64,000 bases of DNA, taken from positions 15 through 64,014 of IMG/VR virus record IMGVR_UViG_3300024980_000003; one strand, written 5' to 3'. Source of the DNA: a virus (taxonomy: Duplodnaviria > Caudoviricetes). Of the stretch, positions 15,401 to 24,740 are shown in pieces; the stretch's first letter is position 1; each line of letters starts with the position of its first letter. The position numbers were made by a program, and so were the translations under genes. The notes beneath the pieces were generated by a model. It was given only the letters and a program-made list of their open reading frames with translations. It was not told the DNA's origin and did not search any database.

Positions 15401-18400
15401 TTGCTCATGTGCCGTTAATGTGTTTTCTCTGGATAAGATGTTGCGCCGATCTTGCTCAAGATCAATATATTCTTGGTTCTCTGGGAATTCACTTAACTTA
15501 TCTAGCAATTCAAAATAACTTTCGGTCTGATCATTTGGCACATCATCCCAATTTAACGCTCTGCCTCTAGGCGTGTCTTTGCCATAGGTATCCTTTATTT
15601 TGATAAAGTCACGATTCTTCTTCCTGACCAGATTACCAAACTCAGGATTAGCGTCCATTAAGCCGAGTATCTTTTTATCGAGCGGCCTTCTTAGCTCATC
15701 GGTAATGTCTTTGTCTCTGAACTGGCTAGGACTTCCGCCAGTTGCAAAGCCTTCAATGCGCTGAATGCCATGCTGTATTTCATGGAGCAATACGGACATC
15801 ATATTTTCTTTGCCGAAACTGCCCTCGTTCAAATGAATCAGCTTATCAGTGGCGCTGTAATTTCCTTCGGCCCCCAAGTCTTTAGTAATCAATACCCCGA
15901 TTTTGCCGAGTTCTGGATACGCTTCAAACAGTTTCGGATGGTCGATAAAATCACTCAGCCTGTGCAAGCGTTTGCCATTCAGCGCCCAATCATGAAAGCT
16001 GTCGCCCCATGACGCATCGCTATCATCGATTTCAAAGCGCCACTTGCCGTCTACGCCTTTAAACCAGCCTGTTTCCTGCCGTACCGTTTCAGGATTATCT
16101 CCTGCTTCGATGCGTTGCTGTGCGCTGGATAGCTGGTAGGTGTCGGCAGTCTTGGCGTTTTGTCCGGCAAAGCTTTTGAGTATGCCGTTGCCCGTACCAG
16201 TGCCATTAACCTTTGCTCCGTATTTCGATAGCGCCGTTAAATCAGCTGGCGTGAGTGACTTGATAAATCCAAGGTCAAGGCCATTCCTCACCAAAAACGC
16301 CCGAATCGTTGCCACTAAATCGGCAAAGGTCTTTTTCAACAGGCCGGTGAAGGAGTCGGGATTCTGCGACCAGAGGGATACCATGTAAGCGCGGAATTCC
16401 GAAGCTTGATCTTTGACCGGCGTTTCTGCGGCCATTACGCGCTTGTAGGCTGCGAGTTCTATCGCGCTGCCAATACCTTTAGCGGCTCGGTCAAAACTGC
16501 GCTGTAGCTGTGCTTCAAAGCGGTCTATGGCGGCTTTGACTAGCGGGTCTTTGGATTCTGAGCGGTGAAGAAGCTCGTGACTAAGAACGGACGACAGGTT
16601 GTTCTTGTTGAGCATATCCGAAACCAAATAAAGCTGATCTCGTTTCTCATCGTATAGGGCCTCTACGCCAGACATGTTGCTAGACTTCTTGATTTCTCCT
16701 GAATTAAAGTCTATATTTATTGCTGACGCTAATGGTGTGGCTTTAGACTTCGTGTCGAGCAAGGCATTATGACCTGCGGCTATGCCATTAGTCGTCTTTC
16801 TATTTGAATAAAAAGTGATAATAGACTCTTTATTTCCTTTTGCCGATACAACAACTTTAAATCTAACCCCACCTGAATTAAGCGTATAAATATGCTTTTG
16901 TCCTGCAATATCAAGTTTGCCATCACGAACTACTTTGCCTAGATCAAGAATCTCATTTGCTGTTATATAGCCTTTTTTACCGCTAAAATGATCGAGTAAG
17001 ATATGCGTCTTACCAAATCTCTCATGCCCTTGTGATAAATTAACAAATTCCTTTACATGCTCAAGGTCGCTTTTTCTGATCTCTGAGCGAATTTTTGTAT
17101 CAGTGATAACATCATAAATACCTTTCTGTTCTTTAGATAGACTTGATGTTGAGCCTATTTCTTTTATAAACCCATCAATTAAAGAAGCTATTTTGGCTTG
17201 CGTATATTTTGTTGGCTTAATCCTTGACTCTAACGCAATTCCACGCTCTTGCAGATGCTTGGGCAAATCCTCAACCGTTTGCACGATATTCAAAATCCCC
17301 GCATCCACCAGCTTATTCACGCGCTTAGGCAATAGCTTCTTGATGTCGGCTACGGTGCTGCCGGTGGTGGGTTGGGATTTGCTGGCTTTAATGTCCTGTT
17401 TCCAATCAATGCCCTTTCTTTCAAGAAGTCGCCTTGCTGCCTGAGTTGCATCATTATCAGGATGTCCATTGGCCGTGGCAATCGTAGCTTCTCTGGTGGT
17501 TGGCGGCCTTATCTTTCCGTTTGCCACCTTATCTGCATATTCTTTTCGCAGTTCACCCCTACGTATTATTAGTTCGTGATCTTTCTTGGCTTGAGCTTGA
17601 ACCTGTCTTCTGTGCGTATTAGGACTTTTACGGTTAGAACTCATGTGTAACGCGGCGTCGCCAATATCCTGTCTGGATGCACCATTTGACGCTAGATATT
17701 CTTCCTCTGTCATTACAGGAATATCACCCTGCTTCTCACCAGTCACCTTGGCTAGGCTTGGTTGGGATGGTTCGGAAGTAACCGCCGATGGTGCGCTTCG
17801 TTCGAGTGGCGTCAGCGGTGTTGTTTGTTCGCTTATCCTTTCTTCCCCTTCGCCCGATACATCGGATTCAGCATCGCCGCCTGTTGCTGGCGTTTCATCT
17901 CGGCCTGTATTTGCTCGTCGGTTTGGTAGTACTGTGCTGGCTTTTGGGGATTGGGTTTGGTCATTTGCTTGTTGCCTTGGTCTTGCATATATTACTGATT
18001 GATCGTCTTTCGATGTGGCAATAACATCATTTCCACTTACCTTTAACGCTCTCGTTAAAGAAGCGAATCCAGCCGATGACAAGCCGCTAGGGAATGTTAG
18101 CTTTACAGTGCCTTCTTTATCCGGCGTGGAAATAGCGTGGATTCCGTATTCATCAAGAATCGCCTTGCCAACTTCGTGCGCTTCGACCGATTTATCTCTA
18201 ACAATTAGCCTGTTTGAGCTATAATTATCAGCAACACGGCCCTCATCGGTATTGCTTATTTTTGCAATATTGCTTGAGGGTTCTTTTTTTGTGAGCACAT
18301 CAGAATCTTGTACAGAATCCGCTTGATTAAAGTCAACGCCCCTTACCCTGTCAGCGCCAAATCTGCCTCTTGCCCATCCAGTTATATCTTTAATGGTATC

Positions 18401-21157
18401 GCGCTTTGAATTGATTTCGTTTATTTCGGATGGAGTAAAGCCTTTGCTGGCTAAATTATCGCCAGCTGCCACTTTCGGCGCATGACCAAACCCACCCTCT
18501 ACCGGCACCACATGATGCGTGGCTTCGCTGATGTTGGGATAGCCTTTGCTCTTTAAGGCAACCTCGGCTGATTTTGCCGTCTTGAAGGGTTTGTTTTGGT
18601 TGCTTAGGGTTGGTTTTAATTCCCCTTCAATGCTTTCACCCAGTCCTCCGAGTAGTCTGGATGAAGTATTTGTACGCTGCATCGCGTTTTGCGATTGTGT
18701 AGCCTCGCCATTTGCAGTCTTTGTTTTTTGTTGGGTCTTGTTTTCTTGGACATTTGCTTTAGCCGATGTTTCCGTCTTGAAGGGTTGGTTTTGGTTGCTG
18801 AGTGTGGCTACATTTGCGTTATCCGCACCTGGTGTAAGTTGTCCTTTATTTTGCTGAACTGTATTTTTCTGAACTTGTGCCGCTGGTTCTGCTCCGCTCG
18901 CCAATGCAGGATTTGATTGACGATCATTGGGAATCTGTATTTGTTCACTCGTAGGTTTAACCGTCGCTTTGTCAGATTCTGCGCTCGGCGTTTGTGTCGA
19001 TATAGCTTCATTTTTTATATCCTGTTTAATCGGCGCTGCATCTTCATCGGATGGGGTGCTTAGGGTTGGTTTAGCATTACCTCTGACTGAATCAATTACT
19101 TTCTGAGCAACGCTATTTTTGCCATGTGTGCCGTATTCATCACCAAGCACTGACTGAGAAAACACATAGGCAATATAATCATCCTTGGTCATGCCTTGCG
19201 GTATTCTTGCATCTTCACTATTAGCAAAAGATTCAATGCGTTTAATTTCGTCGCCCAGCTTTTCAACTGTTAAGTCGCCGTTAGTTAAGCGTTGAACTAA
19301 CTCGGCTGTTTTTCGTGCATTTTCTCTGTGCTGCTTAACGCGATTATTGCGCTTGCTTTCATTGATTGCGCCAATAGACATGGATTCGCTATTGGAATAA
19401 GGATGGTATCTATCGTCAAAATCGACAACATTCTTATTGTCTTTGTATTTCTTATTGGCGAATTCATCAGATTTAACCGTTTCTGATTCAGCGTGTTTTG
19501 TTAAGGCCGAGACAATGGCATCCGTTGACGCTTTTCTTTGCGCTGTTTCTTTCTCTGCGCCAGCAAACCAATCCTCATTGAATAAGTCTGTAGCGTCACC
19601 TAATTGACCAGCATTGCCGTTTCCTGCCTCGCCTGTAGCTGACACTCCATCAGCATTATCGTATTCTGTTGCGCCTCGATGATCTGCTGGGCGAATAGCA
19701 TCGCTTGCTGCCAGTCCTGTTGCGTTGGGTTTTCCTGTGTTGGGTATATCGGTTGTAACATTGTTATTCGTGTTCGGTTGAGTGGTCTTGGTTGATGGCG
19801 GTTGTTGTGCTTTGCGCTGTTCGGCTAGGCGTTGGTTGAGCAGGTCTTGCGGAGTTAATTCATTGCTTGCTGCTGTAGCTTCCAGATTATCCGCTTCGCC
19901 ATTAATGCCGACGCGTCCAGCATTGCCTCGTAATTTTTCTGTTGCATCATAAATAGGGTTATTTTCCTCGGGCTCGATAGCGATATTATATCCATCTAAA
20001 CCACCTTCGCCAGTAGCCAGAGTATCAGACGGTCTAAATGGCTGTTTCTGTTCATCTGATATAGATTCACTTGCGGATATTTCTTGTTGTAGCCCTGATC
20101 GTTCCCCATTGTTTCCCCTTATGTCATCGGTTGTTGGTGTTTGAATAACAGGCGCTTTCGCGGCGGCTTTGGATAATGGGCTAGAGACCGCATTGACACC
20201 ACCACCCATTAAGCTTCCCGCTAATGAGCCTTCGACAAAGTTTCTACCCATGCCTTGCGTTACGGGCTTATCTTCGGCCAAGTTTTGCAGACCTGTTTCA
20301 GCTATCGACTGCAAGCCTTCCTCAATCGGGCCTTCTTGTATCGCGCCGCCGATAACACGTCTAGCCAGCGATTGATTCACATCGCCCATACCAGCGCTGA
20401 CTCCGCCTGCCGCTATCGCATCAATATCAGCCAACGCAATATCATCTAAGCCAAATCGGTTAGCAATGCGATTGGTAATGCGATTGCTTTGATTGCCGAT
20501 TAATGCGCCCGAAAAGCCTGTGCCTGCCGCTGCTAATGCCGCTATCTGTGGGTCAACGCTCTCGTCAATGTTCGCCATTGACTGGCCGGCCATGATCGCA
20601 CCTTCACCGACATTACCGGCTAAGGCGGCACGTTTGGCTACTTCCGCCGCCGTTCCGGTTTTCGCTAAGGCATTAAGGCCCGTTGCAGTCCGTCCTAATG
20701 CGCCACCCGCATACATAGAGGGCAATGACTCGACAACGGTTCCCATGATAGCGCGTGGATTCGTAGCGTACGCCTTTGCAACATCCAGGGCATTCGTGTT
20801 GGGATCATCCCACACCTGATTGACATTCTGCCGCGCTTGCTGCATTGCCGGTGAATAAGCGTTATCTGCATCTTTAGCCCATTGGCTAGGCTTGAATCCA
20901 GTGGCGTTACCAATCGCATCGGTCGCCCTATCGAATGGCCGGTTAATCCCCAATAAGCTAGGCTGAATATCGGCCAGTCCTGTGATTGCGCCGGGGATCT
21001 GCATCACGCCCTTGCCAAGGCCGACTAAGGTATCGTTGATAATCCCCTTGTTGCCTTGGCCGGATTGCCCTGAAATAGGCTTAATGTCAGACAAATCAAT
21101 AGCGGCACTTTTATTGATCGGCTGAATATCCGATAAATCCATAAAATCATCTGACAT
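12398..21157 (-). CDS. Giant (2919 aa) polyvalent internal virion/ejection protein
   Basis: LPD23-like RQETGWFKGVDGKWRFEIDDS; zincin motifs HELLH and HEIQH; BECR-like GKTHILLDH...IITFY; LPD38-like YWHF..RIPKPFELG; last gene of the structural operon. Confidence 0.85.
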   Translation of the reverse strand: MSDDFMDLSDIQPINKSAAIDLSDIKPISGQSGQGNKGIINDTLVGLGKGVMQIPGAITGLADIQPSLLGINRPFDRATDAIGNATGFKPSQWAKDADNAYSPAMQQARQNVNQVWDDPNTNALDVAKAYATNPRAIMGTVVESLPSMYAGGALGRTATGLNALAKTGTAAEVAKRAALAGNVGEGAIMAGQSMANIDESVDPQIAALAAAGTGFSGALIGNQSNRITNRIANRFGLDDIALADIDAIAAGGVSAGMGDVNQSLARRVIGGAIQEGPIEEGLQSIAETGLQNLAEDKPVTQGMGRNFVEGSLAGSLMGGGVNAVSSPLSKAAAKAPVIQTPTTDDIRGNNGERSGLQQEISASESISDEQKQPFRPSDTLATGEGGLDGYNIAIEPEENNPIYDATEKLRGNAGRVGINGEADNLEATAASNELTPQDLLNQRLAEQRKAQQPPSTKTTQPNTNNNVTTDIPNTGKPNATGLAASDAIRPADHRGATEYDNADGVSATGEAGNGNAGQLGDATDLFNEDWFAGAEKETAQRKASTDAIVSALTKHAESETVKSDEFANKKYKDNKNVVDFDDRYHPYSNSESMSIGAINESKRNNRVKQHRENARKTAELVQRLTNGDLTVEKLGDEIKRIESFANSEDARIPQGMTKDDYIAYVFSQSVLGDEYGTHGKNSVAQKVIDSVRGNAKPTLSTPSDEDAAPIKQDIKNEAISTQTPSAESDKATVKPTSEQIQIPNDRQSNPALASGAEPAAQVQKNTVQQNKGQLTPGADNANVATLSNQNQPFKTETSAKANVQENKTQQKTKTANGEATQSQNAMQRTNTSSRLLGGLGESIEGELKPTLSNQNKPFKTAKSAEVALKSKGYPNISEATHHVVPVEGGFGHAPKVAAGDNLASKGFTPSEINEINSKRDTIKDITGWARGRFGADRVRGVDFNQADSVQDSDVLTKKEPSSNIAKISNTDEGRVADNYSSNRLIVRDKSVEAHEVGKAILDEYGIHAISTPDKEGTVKLTFPSGLSSAGFASLTRALKVSGNDVIATSKDDQSVIYARPRQQANDQTQSPKASTVLPNRRANTGRDETPATGGDAESDVSGEGEERISEQTTPLTPLERSAPSAVTSEPSQPSLAKVTGEKQGDIPVMTEEEYLASNGASRQDIGDAALHMSSNRKSPNTHRRQVQAQAKKDHELIIRRGELRKEYADKVANGKIRPPTTREATIATANGHPDNDATQAARRLLERKGIDWKQDIKASKSQPTTGSTVADIKKLLPKRVNKLVDAGILNIVQTVEDLPKHLQERGIALESRIKPTKYTQAKIASLIDGFIKEIGSTSSLSKEQKGIYDVITDTKIRSEIRKSDLEHVKEFVNLSQGHERFGKTHILLDHFSGKKGYITANEILDLGKVVRDGKLDIAGQKHIYTLNSGGVRFKVVVSAKGNKESIITFYSNRKTTNGIAAGHNALLDTKSKATPLASAINIDFNSGEIKKSSNMSGVEALYDEKRDQLYLVSDMLNKNNLSSVLSHELLHRSESKDPLVKAAIDRFEAQLQRSFDRAAKGIGSAIELAAYKRVMAAETPVKDQASEFRAYMVSLWSQNPDSFTGLLKKTFADLVATIRAFLVRNGLDLGFIKSLTPADLTALSKYGAKVNGTGTGNGILKSFAGQNAKTADTYQLSSAQQRIEAGDNPETVRQETGWFKGVDGKWRFEIDDSDASWGDSFHDWALNGKRLHRLSDFIDHPKLFEAYPELGKIGVLITKDLGAEGNYSATDKLIHLNEGSFGKENMMSVLLHEIQHGIQRIEGFATGGSPSQFRDKDITDELRRPLDKKILGLMDANPEFGNLVRKKNRDFIKIKDTYGKDTPRGRALNWDDVPNDQTESYFELLDKLSEFPENQEYIDLEQDRRNILSRENTLTAHEQYKRLAGEVESRNTQARQELTAEQRKSTPPSATADIQDSDVIVLFNGKEMNHIPAPRNADKWQGNAYDYENYGGDKVGLSKDAKNKNRPKTERWYGDAYDYEAKGGDKTGVKYSRAVDSDVIKEAKRKAGLGPKKTLSQAITDIISLGLKANVQAIRQKWDEMKPQLEQGIFDKFIGIKRAEKEILGDVAHSVSGYISARLSTGSSSTMQALLLHGAPKWEGGIIQKKDGSKSFAELLQPVKDDLENFTAWMVGRRADRLFKEGKENNFSRDEIDALLKLEQDDYQGVADDIAAMNSSVLDLAQEAGLVDAEARKLFESADYIPFYRLIEGKKSGPSGKGGLTHQTSGIKMLKGGDNPMSDPLGNMMQNWAHLIDASMKNDALNKTLNNLEGSRFVEAIQRVELKAALIPKEQVKKLMLESGLPKEIVEAMPSDLTSGIAKMWAMQAPTDPDVVRVMRDGKSEYYKVNDAMLLTSLTAVNQIPFGGIFKPMRYMKHLLTGAVTADPTFMARNFIRDAMHSWTIAEEKGFKLGVDSIHGAIKSFNEEGGYVDMMFAGASFQGGYGNYSNPDAARESMDAALRRRGIKDVQGFKDSILDTPKKYWEMYRSVGDAIENASREAILENAKRAGAEKAKYLFEAKDLMDFSMQGSFTLIRAMSDMLPFFNARLVGLYRLAKAGQTKEARKMILAKGLSIAMFSLALLALNSDNDDYEALEPWDQDTYWHFFFGNQHFRIPKPFELGLIFGTVPERSARALIGKDSLKTYAERMGHGASDTLAFNPVPQLFKPFIELYSNKDMFTGRAIEGMADEGKLPSARYNEYTSETMRALSASLPEALGASPKRLEHLLHGYLGALGMYALGASDMMVRQLSGMPDQPAMRIDSLPVVKAFYQERPTLHTKYGTEFYDMLNEVNQIHKTINAYKKEGNIDKANELMTDNADKLSKRRQLEASGKQLSRLRAQVDVIYRSNLSATDKRDRINALMQRSNEVSRMAVERSHPYFN

Positions 21158-21165
21158 GGTAATCC

Positions 21166-23286
21166 TTATTGCTTGTTTTGTTTGGCTGAGGCGAGTGCGT
21201 TCTTGCCTTCCGGTGTTGCCAGCCAGGCTTTTATTCTGGCTCTGGCTGATTCATCAAATTGGTCTGGGTTGCTATCAAATTGAAGCGCTAAGTCGGTATT
21301 GGTAGAGACACGTTTTGCCTGTTGAACGGCTTCTTCATCAGTGAACCGGCCGGTTTTCTTATTCAAGACTCGCGCTGTCTCTCCGGTCACAGTTCCCATT
21401 GGGTCATATTGTTTCTCATTGATAGCTGCAAAGTTGTCTTGATTGAGTTTGTCATACGCCAGTTTATTTGCTGCCGCTGCCGTACCGGTTGCTGCGTCAC
21501 GATCCAGCGCATCTTTACGGATGTTTTCGTTCAGCGTATCTCTGGCTAACTGATTCTCAGCGGCATAATTGTTTTGCGCCGGTAATTGAGCATTACCACG
21601 CTGATCGCCATAATCACGAGCTTGCTGCAATAATGGTGCGTTTCTAGCTGCCTCATTGACTCCGCTATTTACTGAATCCCAATATGCTTTTGATTCATAC
21701 GGACTTGCCGCCAGAAACGCCCCGCCATTATCATTGCTTTGCGCGTATGCGCCTAAGCTTGGTGCTTTAGTCGCACTATTGCCATTCAATGCCTCAGCAC
21801 TTGGATTAGCGCCTAAATTGATACCACCCGGCCCGTAGATATTGGTGTCTCGGGTATGTTCTATCGGCTGATCGTTATAGTAAGGCGCACCGTTTTTATA
21901 GCCCTGCAAAGTACGCACACCTGCACCCGCAGGATTGGCTTTATTAATCGCGTTAATGTCGTCGGCTGGTGGCGTTATTGTACCAGATTTCGTTAAGGCT
22001 TGCGGCTGATTTACTGTAGCGTTATGCGTCATATCGTATACTTTGCCGCCGATGTAGCTACCTAAGCCAGCCAAACTGTTATCTTGACTACCCTGATTGT
22101 CAACAGGCTTCGGCTCAATTCGCATGGCGTTAGGGTTGACCTTGCTTGCATTACTAACGGCGGCTAACGGGGATAGTGCGGCATTGCCAACGCCTTTAAT
22201 CTTATTGGCAAGGTCTTTGATTACGGGAATGCCATTATCAACATATTGAGGTTCAACTAATCCACCCCCTGCATAGCCTTTCACCGCAGGAAACATAGCT
22301 TGCATTTTGGATTTCAGTTCGGGATGCTGGTATTCGTAATTGTTCACCAAGTCATGCGCGGCATTGCCAACTGTACCGGCATCAACGGCATTCGCGGCTA
22401 ATGGTCTTGGCATTGCGCCTAAGCCTTTCATCATAGGCTGAGCGTTGGGCATTGATACCGATGAATCCGGCAGGTTTCGGCCAAAGCCTGGGCGCATTGC
22501 GTTAGCTGGATTAGGTTCTGCGAATACCCGATCACGTAAACTCTGGCCAGTTGGTGCTGATTCCGCTACCGGATTCGGCGGCATGCCTAAGCGTCCACGC
22601 AAATCAGGGGCTTGCGGATTACCCGCTACGTTGCCGGTTAATGCACGATCCCGCAAACTCGGCATGGGCGCTGCTTCGGGTCTTGGTGGTAATCCCACTC
22701 TGCCACGTAAATCCGTCGCTCCGGGATTGCCGGGGACATTGCCGCTTAATGCCCGTTCACGCAAGCTAGGTTCTTCGTCGGTGACAAAACCGCCGTCCCG
22801 ATAGCCTTTCACGCCTAACCCCGCCTCACCTTCGGCTTGTTCGTTATCCGGCCTAGCCTCGGCGCTTTCATTGTCAATCAGCTTGTTTACAAAGTCCTTT
22901 CCCCAATACGCGACCGCTTCTTTCGACAAGTGAAATTCGCCGTTCGAGACGTTGGCATCGACTTGTGGCTGTGCGTCTTGTGCTTTCGGTGCGGCGGCTT
23001 CCAGTTTATTCAGGAAGTCAATGCCTAACGCATCTACCTTGTCTTTTGGGATGATTGCGCTATCAACCGGCAACTTGGCTGGAATGCTGTCGCTGGTGCC
23101 GGTGCCGGGGCCTTTGATAATGCCGCCTTCCGCATAGTGTTGTCGTCCGGGCTTCTTTGGCTGGCTCGGCAATCCCAATTGCGGCACAAAGGTTTCAAAG
23201 CTATTAATGCCTTTCGCCAGCCCTAGTGTTTGCTCGTTGAGCTGTTGCGCCAGATTGTGTTGTTGTAGTTTTTGACCTAATGACAT
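21166..23286 (-). CDS. Putative ejection/internal virion protein
   Basis: Start MSLGQKLQ with AAGGA RBS; GPGTGTSDSIPA..SNGEF motif; Pro/Gly/Ala-rich repeats. Confidence 0.75.
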   Translation of the reverse strand: MSLGQKLQQHNLAQQLNEQTLGLAKGINSFETFVPQLGLPSQPKKPGRQHYAEGGIIKGPGTGTSDSIPAKLPVDSAIIPKDKVDALGIDFLNKLEAAAPKAQDAQPQVDANVSNGEFHLSKEAVAYWGKDFVNKLIDNESAEARPDNEQAEGEAGLGVKGYRDGGFVTDEEPSLRERALSGNVPGNPGATDLRGRVGLPPRPEAAPMPSLRDRALTGNVAGNPQAPDLRGRLGMPPNPVAESAPTGQSLRDRVFAEPNPANAMRPGFGRNLPDSSVSMPNAQPMMKGLGAMPRPLAANAVDAGTVGNAAHDLVNNYEYQHPELKSKMQAMFPAVKGYAGGGLVEPQYVDNGIPVIKDLANKIKGVGNAALSPLAAVSNASKVNPNAMRIEPKPVDNQGSQDNSLAGLGSYIGGKVYDMTHNATVNQPQALTKSGTITPPADDINAINKANPAGAGVRTLQGYKNGAPYYNDQPIEHTRDTNIYGPGGINLGANPSAEALNGNSATKAPSLGAYAQSNDNGGAFLAASPYESKAYWDSVNSGVNEAARNAPLLQQARDYGDQRGNAQLPAQNNYAAENQLARDTLNENIRKDALDRDAATGTAAAANKLAYDKLNQDNFAAINEKQYDPMGTVTGETARVLNKKTGRFTDEEAVQQAKRVSTNTDLALQFDSNPDQFDESARARIKAWLATPEGKNALASAKQNKQ

Positions 23287-23296
23287 AGGAAAATCC

Positions 23297-24481
23297 TTAT
23301 ACGGAAATAATGGTAGGCGTTGCGTTGAGGTACGACGAAGAACCGGAAATGTGCGCCCCGACACTGACGCCGGAAGTGATACCAGCGGCCACTTGTGCGA
23401 GTAGTTGCGCTTCGGCTTTCTGGCCTTCAATCAGCAATTCTTTTTGGGCAATCAAGGTCGCAATGTTGGCTTTCGCCACTTCAATGGTTAAGTCGGCTTG
23501 CTTGGCTGAATAGTCGATCTCGGCTTTCTGGACGGCAATCTGCGCCTCAATGCGCTTGCCTTCGGCTTCGATCAGGGTTTGATAGACATTGGCATCGGCT
23601 TGGTAAAGCTTGATCTTGCCTTCGGCATAGGCAACTCCGGCATCGACTAAGCTTTTGAATACATCGACATTGAGCCTGTTGACTTCGGCCAGCAGTTCAA
23701 CGCGTTTGGCTTCGGCTTCGACGGCCAGTTGCAAGAAGGCATTGTGGGCATTGTTTAGCGCAATCTCTAAAGTCGCCGCTTGCTGAATGGCAAACTGCAA
23801 ATTCTTCTGTTCCAAATCGGCCTGAGCCACCGCGATATTGCGCGATTCGGTAATATCCGCTTCGGCTAATTGCTCGTTAGCTTGATAAATCGCTTCGACC
23901 TGATCGCCTTGCGGCAAGCTCCAGCCGGAACGGGCAAAGCTGCGGTTAATCGCGTCAATCGTGCCTTGTGCCGTGGCTCGGGTGCGTTCTCTGCCTCTAT
24001 CCCATATTTGCTGCTCAATAACAGGATTCAGGCCCGTCTGCCGGAAATTGTTAATCAGCCCATCCAGAATCCTAACCAAGTCATCGAGCAACGTGGACGA
24101 GTATTCCGATTGCGTCGGGAAGTTGGCGTTAATCTCGGTGATGACCGGCAACGCGGGACGGTTGAAATCAATATCGGTCGGCTTAACCGGCGCATCCCCG
24201 CTGATGATGAAATCCTCGACCTGCGAGAAGTCCGATAGCGGCGGCAATTCGGCATCGGTAATCTGCGGGATATTTGCCAGTTTCGCCAGTTCGTTGTTCA
24301 ACGCCTCCAACTTGATCGGCAGTTCATCGAGCAACTGGTTGCGGTGCGCTATCGCCTCATCGACGGTGTTTTCGGTAAAGGTCTTGATCCCGCTAGAGTC
24401 GGGATACCAATAGGAATCTTCTAAGCCGAGTCCCGGTTCGGGGAAGTCAGACTTAATAGGGGGGACTTGTATGATACTCAT
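23297..24481 (-). CDS. Coiled-coil virion structural protein
   Basis: Helical A/E/Q-rich C-terminal half; late-gene hairpin motif upstream. Confidence 0.75.
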   Translation of the reverse strand: MSIIQVPPIKSDFPEPGLGLEDSYWYPDSSGIKTFTENTVDEAIAHRNQLLDELPIKLEALNNELAKLANIPQITDAELPPLSDFSQVEDFIISGDAPVKPTDIDFNRPALPVITEINANFPTQSEYSSTLLDDLVRILDGLINNFRQTGLNPVIEQQIWDRGRERTRATAQGTIDAINRSFARSGWSLPQGDQVEAIYQANEQLAEADITESRNIAVAQADLEQKNLQFAIQQAATLEIALNNAHNAFLQLAVEAEAKRVELLAEVNRLNVDVFKSLVDAGVAYAEGKIKLYQADANVYQTLIEAEGKRIEAQIAVQKAEIDYSAKQADLTIEVAKANIATLIAQKELLIEGQKAEAQLLAQVAAGITSGVSVGAHISGSSSYLNATPTIISV

Positions 24482-24530
24482 GGGGTGTCCTTTAGGATCA
24501 TAGCGTCATCACGACGCGAATTTATTTAGC

Positions 24531-24740
24531 TCACCACTTATCGAGTGGGCATTTTGATTTTATCAGCACATTGGCGGCTATCTTGAACTTCACGAGACAG
24601 CCGCACTGTTGGCATTGCTTAATGCCTGCGACTTCGCCCAACTGCTCGCAGTCCAGGCAGATAGCCAGTGCGTTCGCCATAAACGCCTTACCTTCTGCAA
24701 TCAGCGCGTGAGGCTTGTCATCGCAAGTTTTACAGGTCAA
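24531..24740 (-). CDS. Small Cys-rich protein (DUF6171-like)
   Basis: ICLDC...CQQCGC...KCPLDKW. Confidence 0.7.
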   Translation of the reverse strand: MTCKTCDDKPHALIAEGKAFMANALAICLDCEQLGEVAGIKQCQQCGCLVKFKIAANVLIKSKCPLDKW

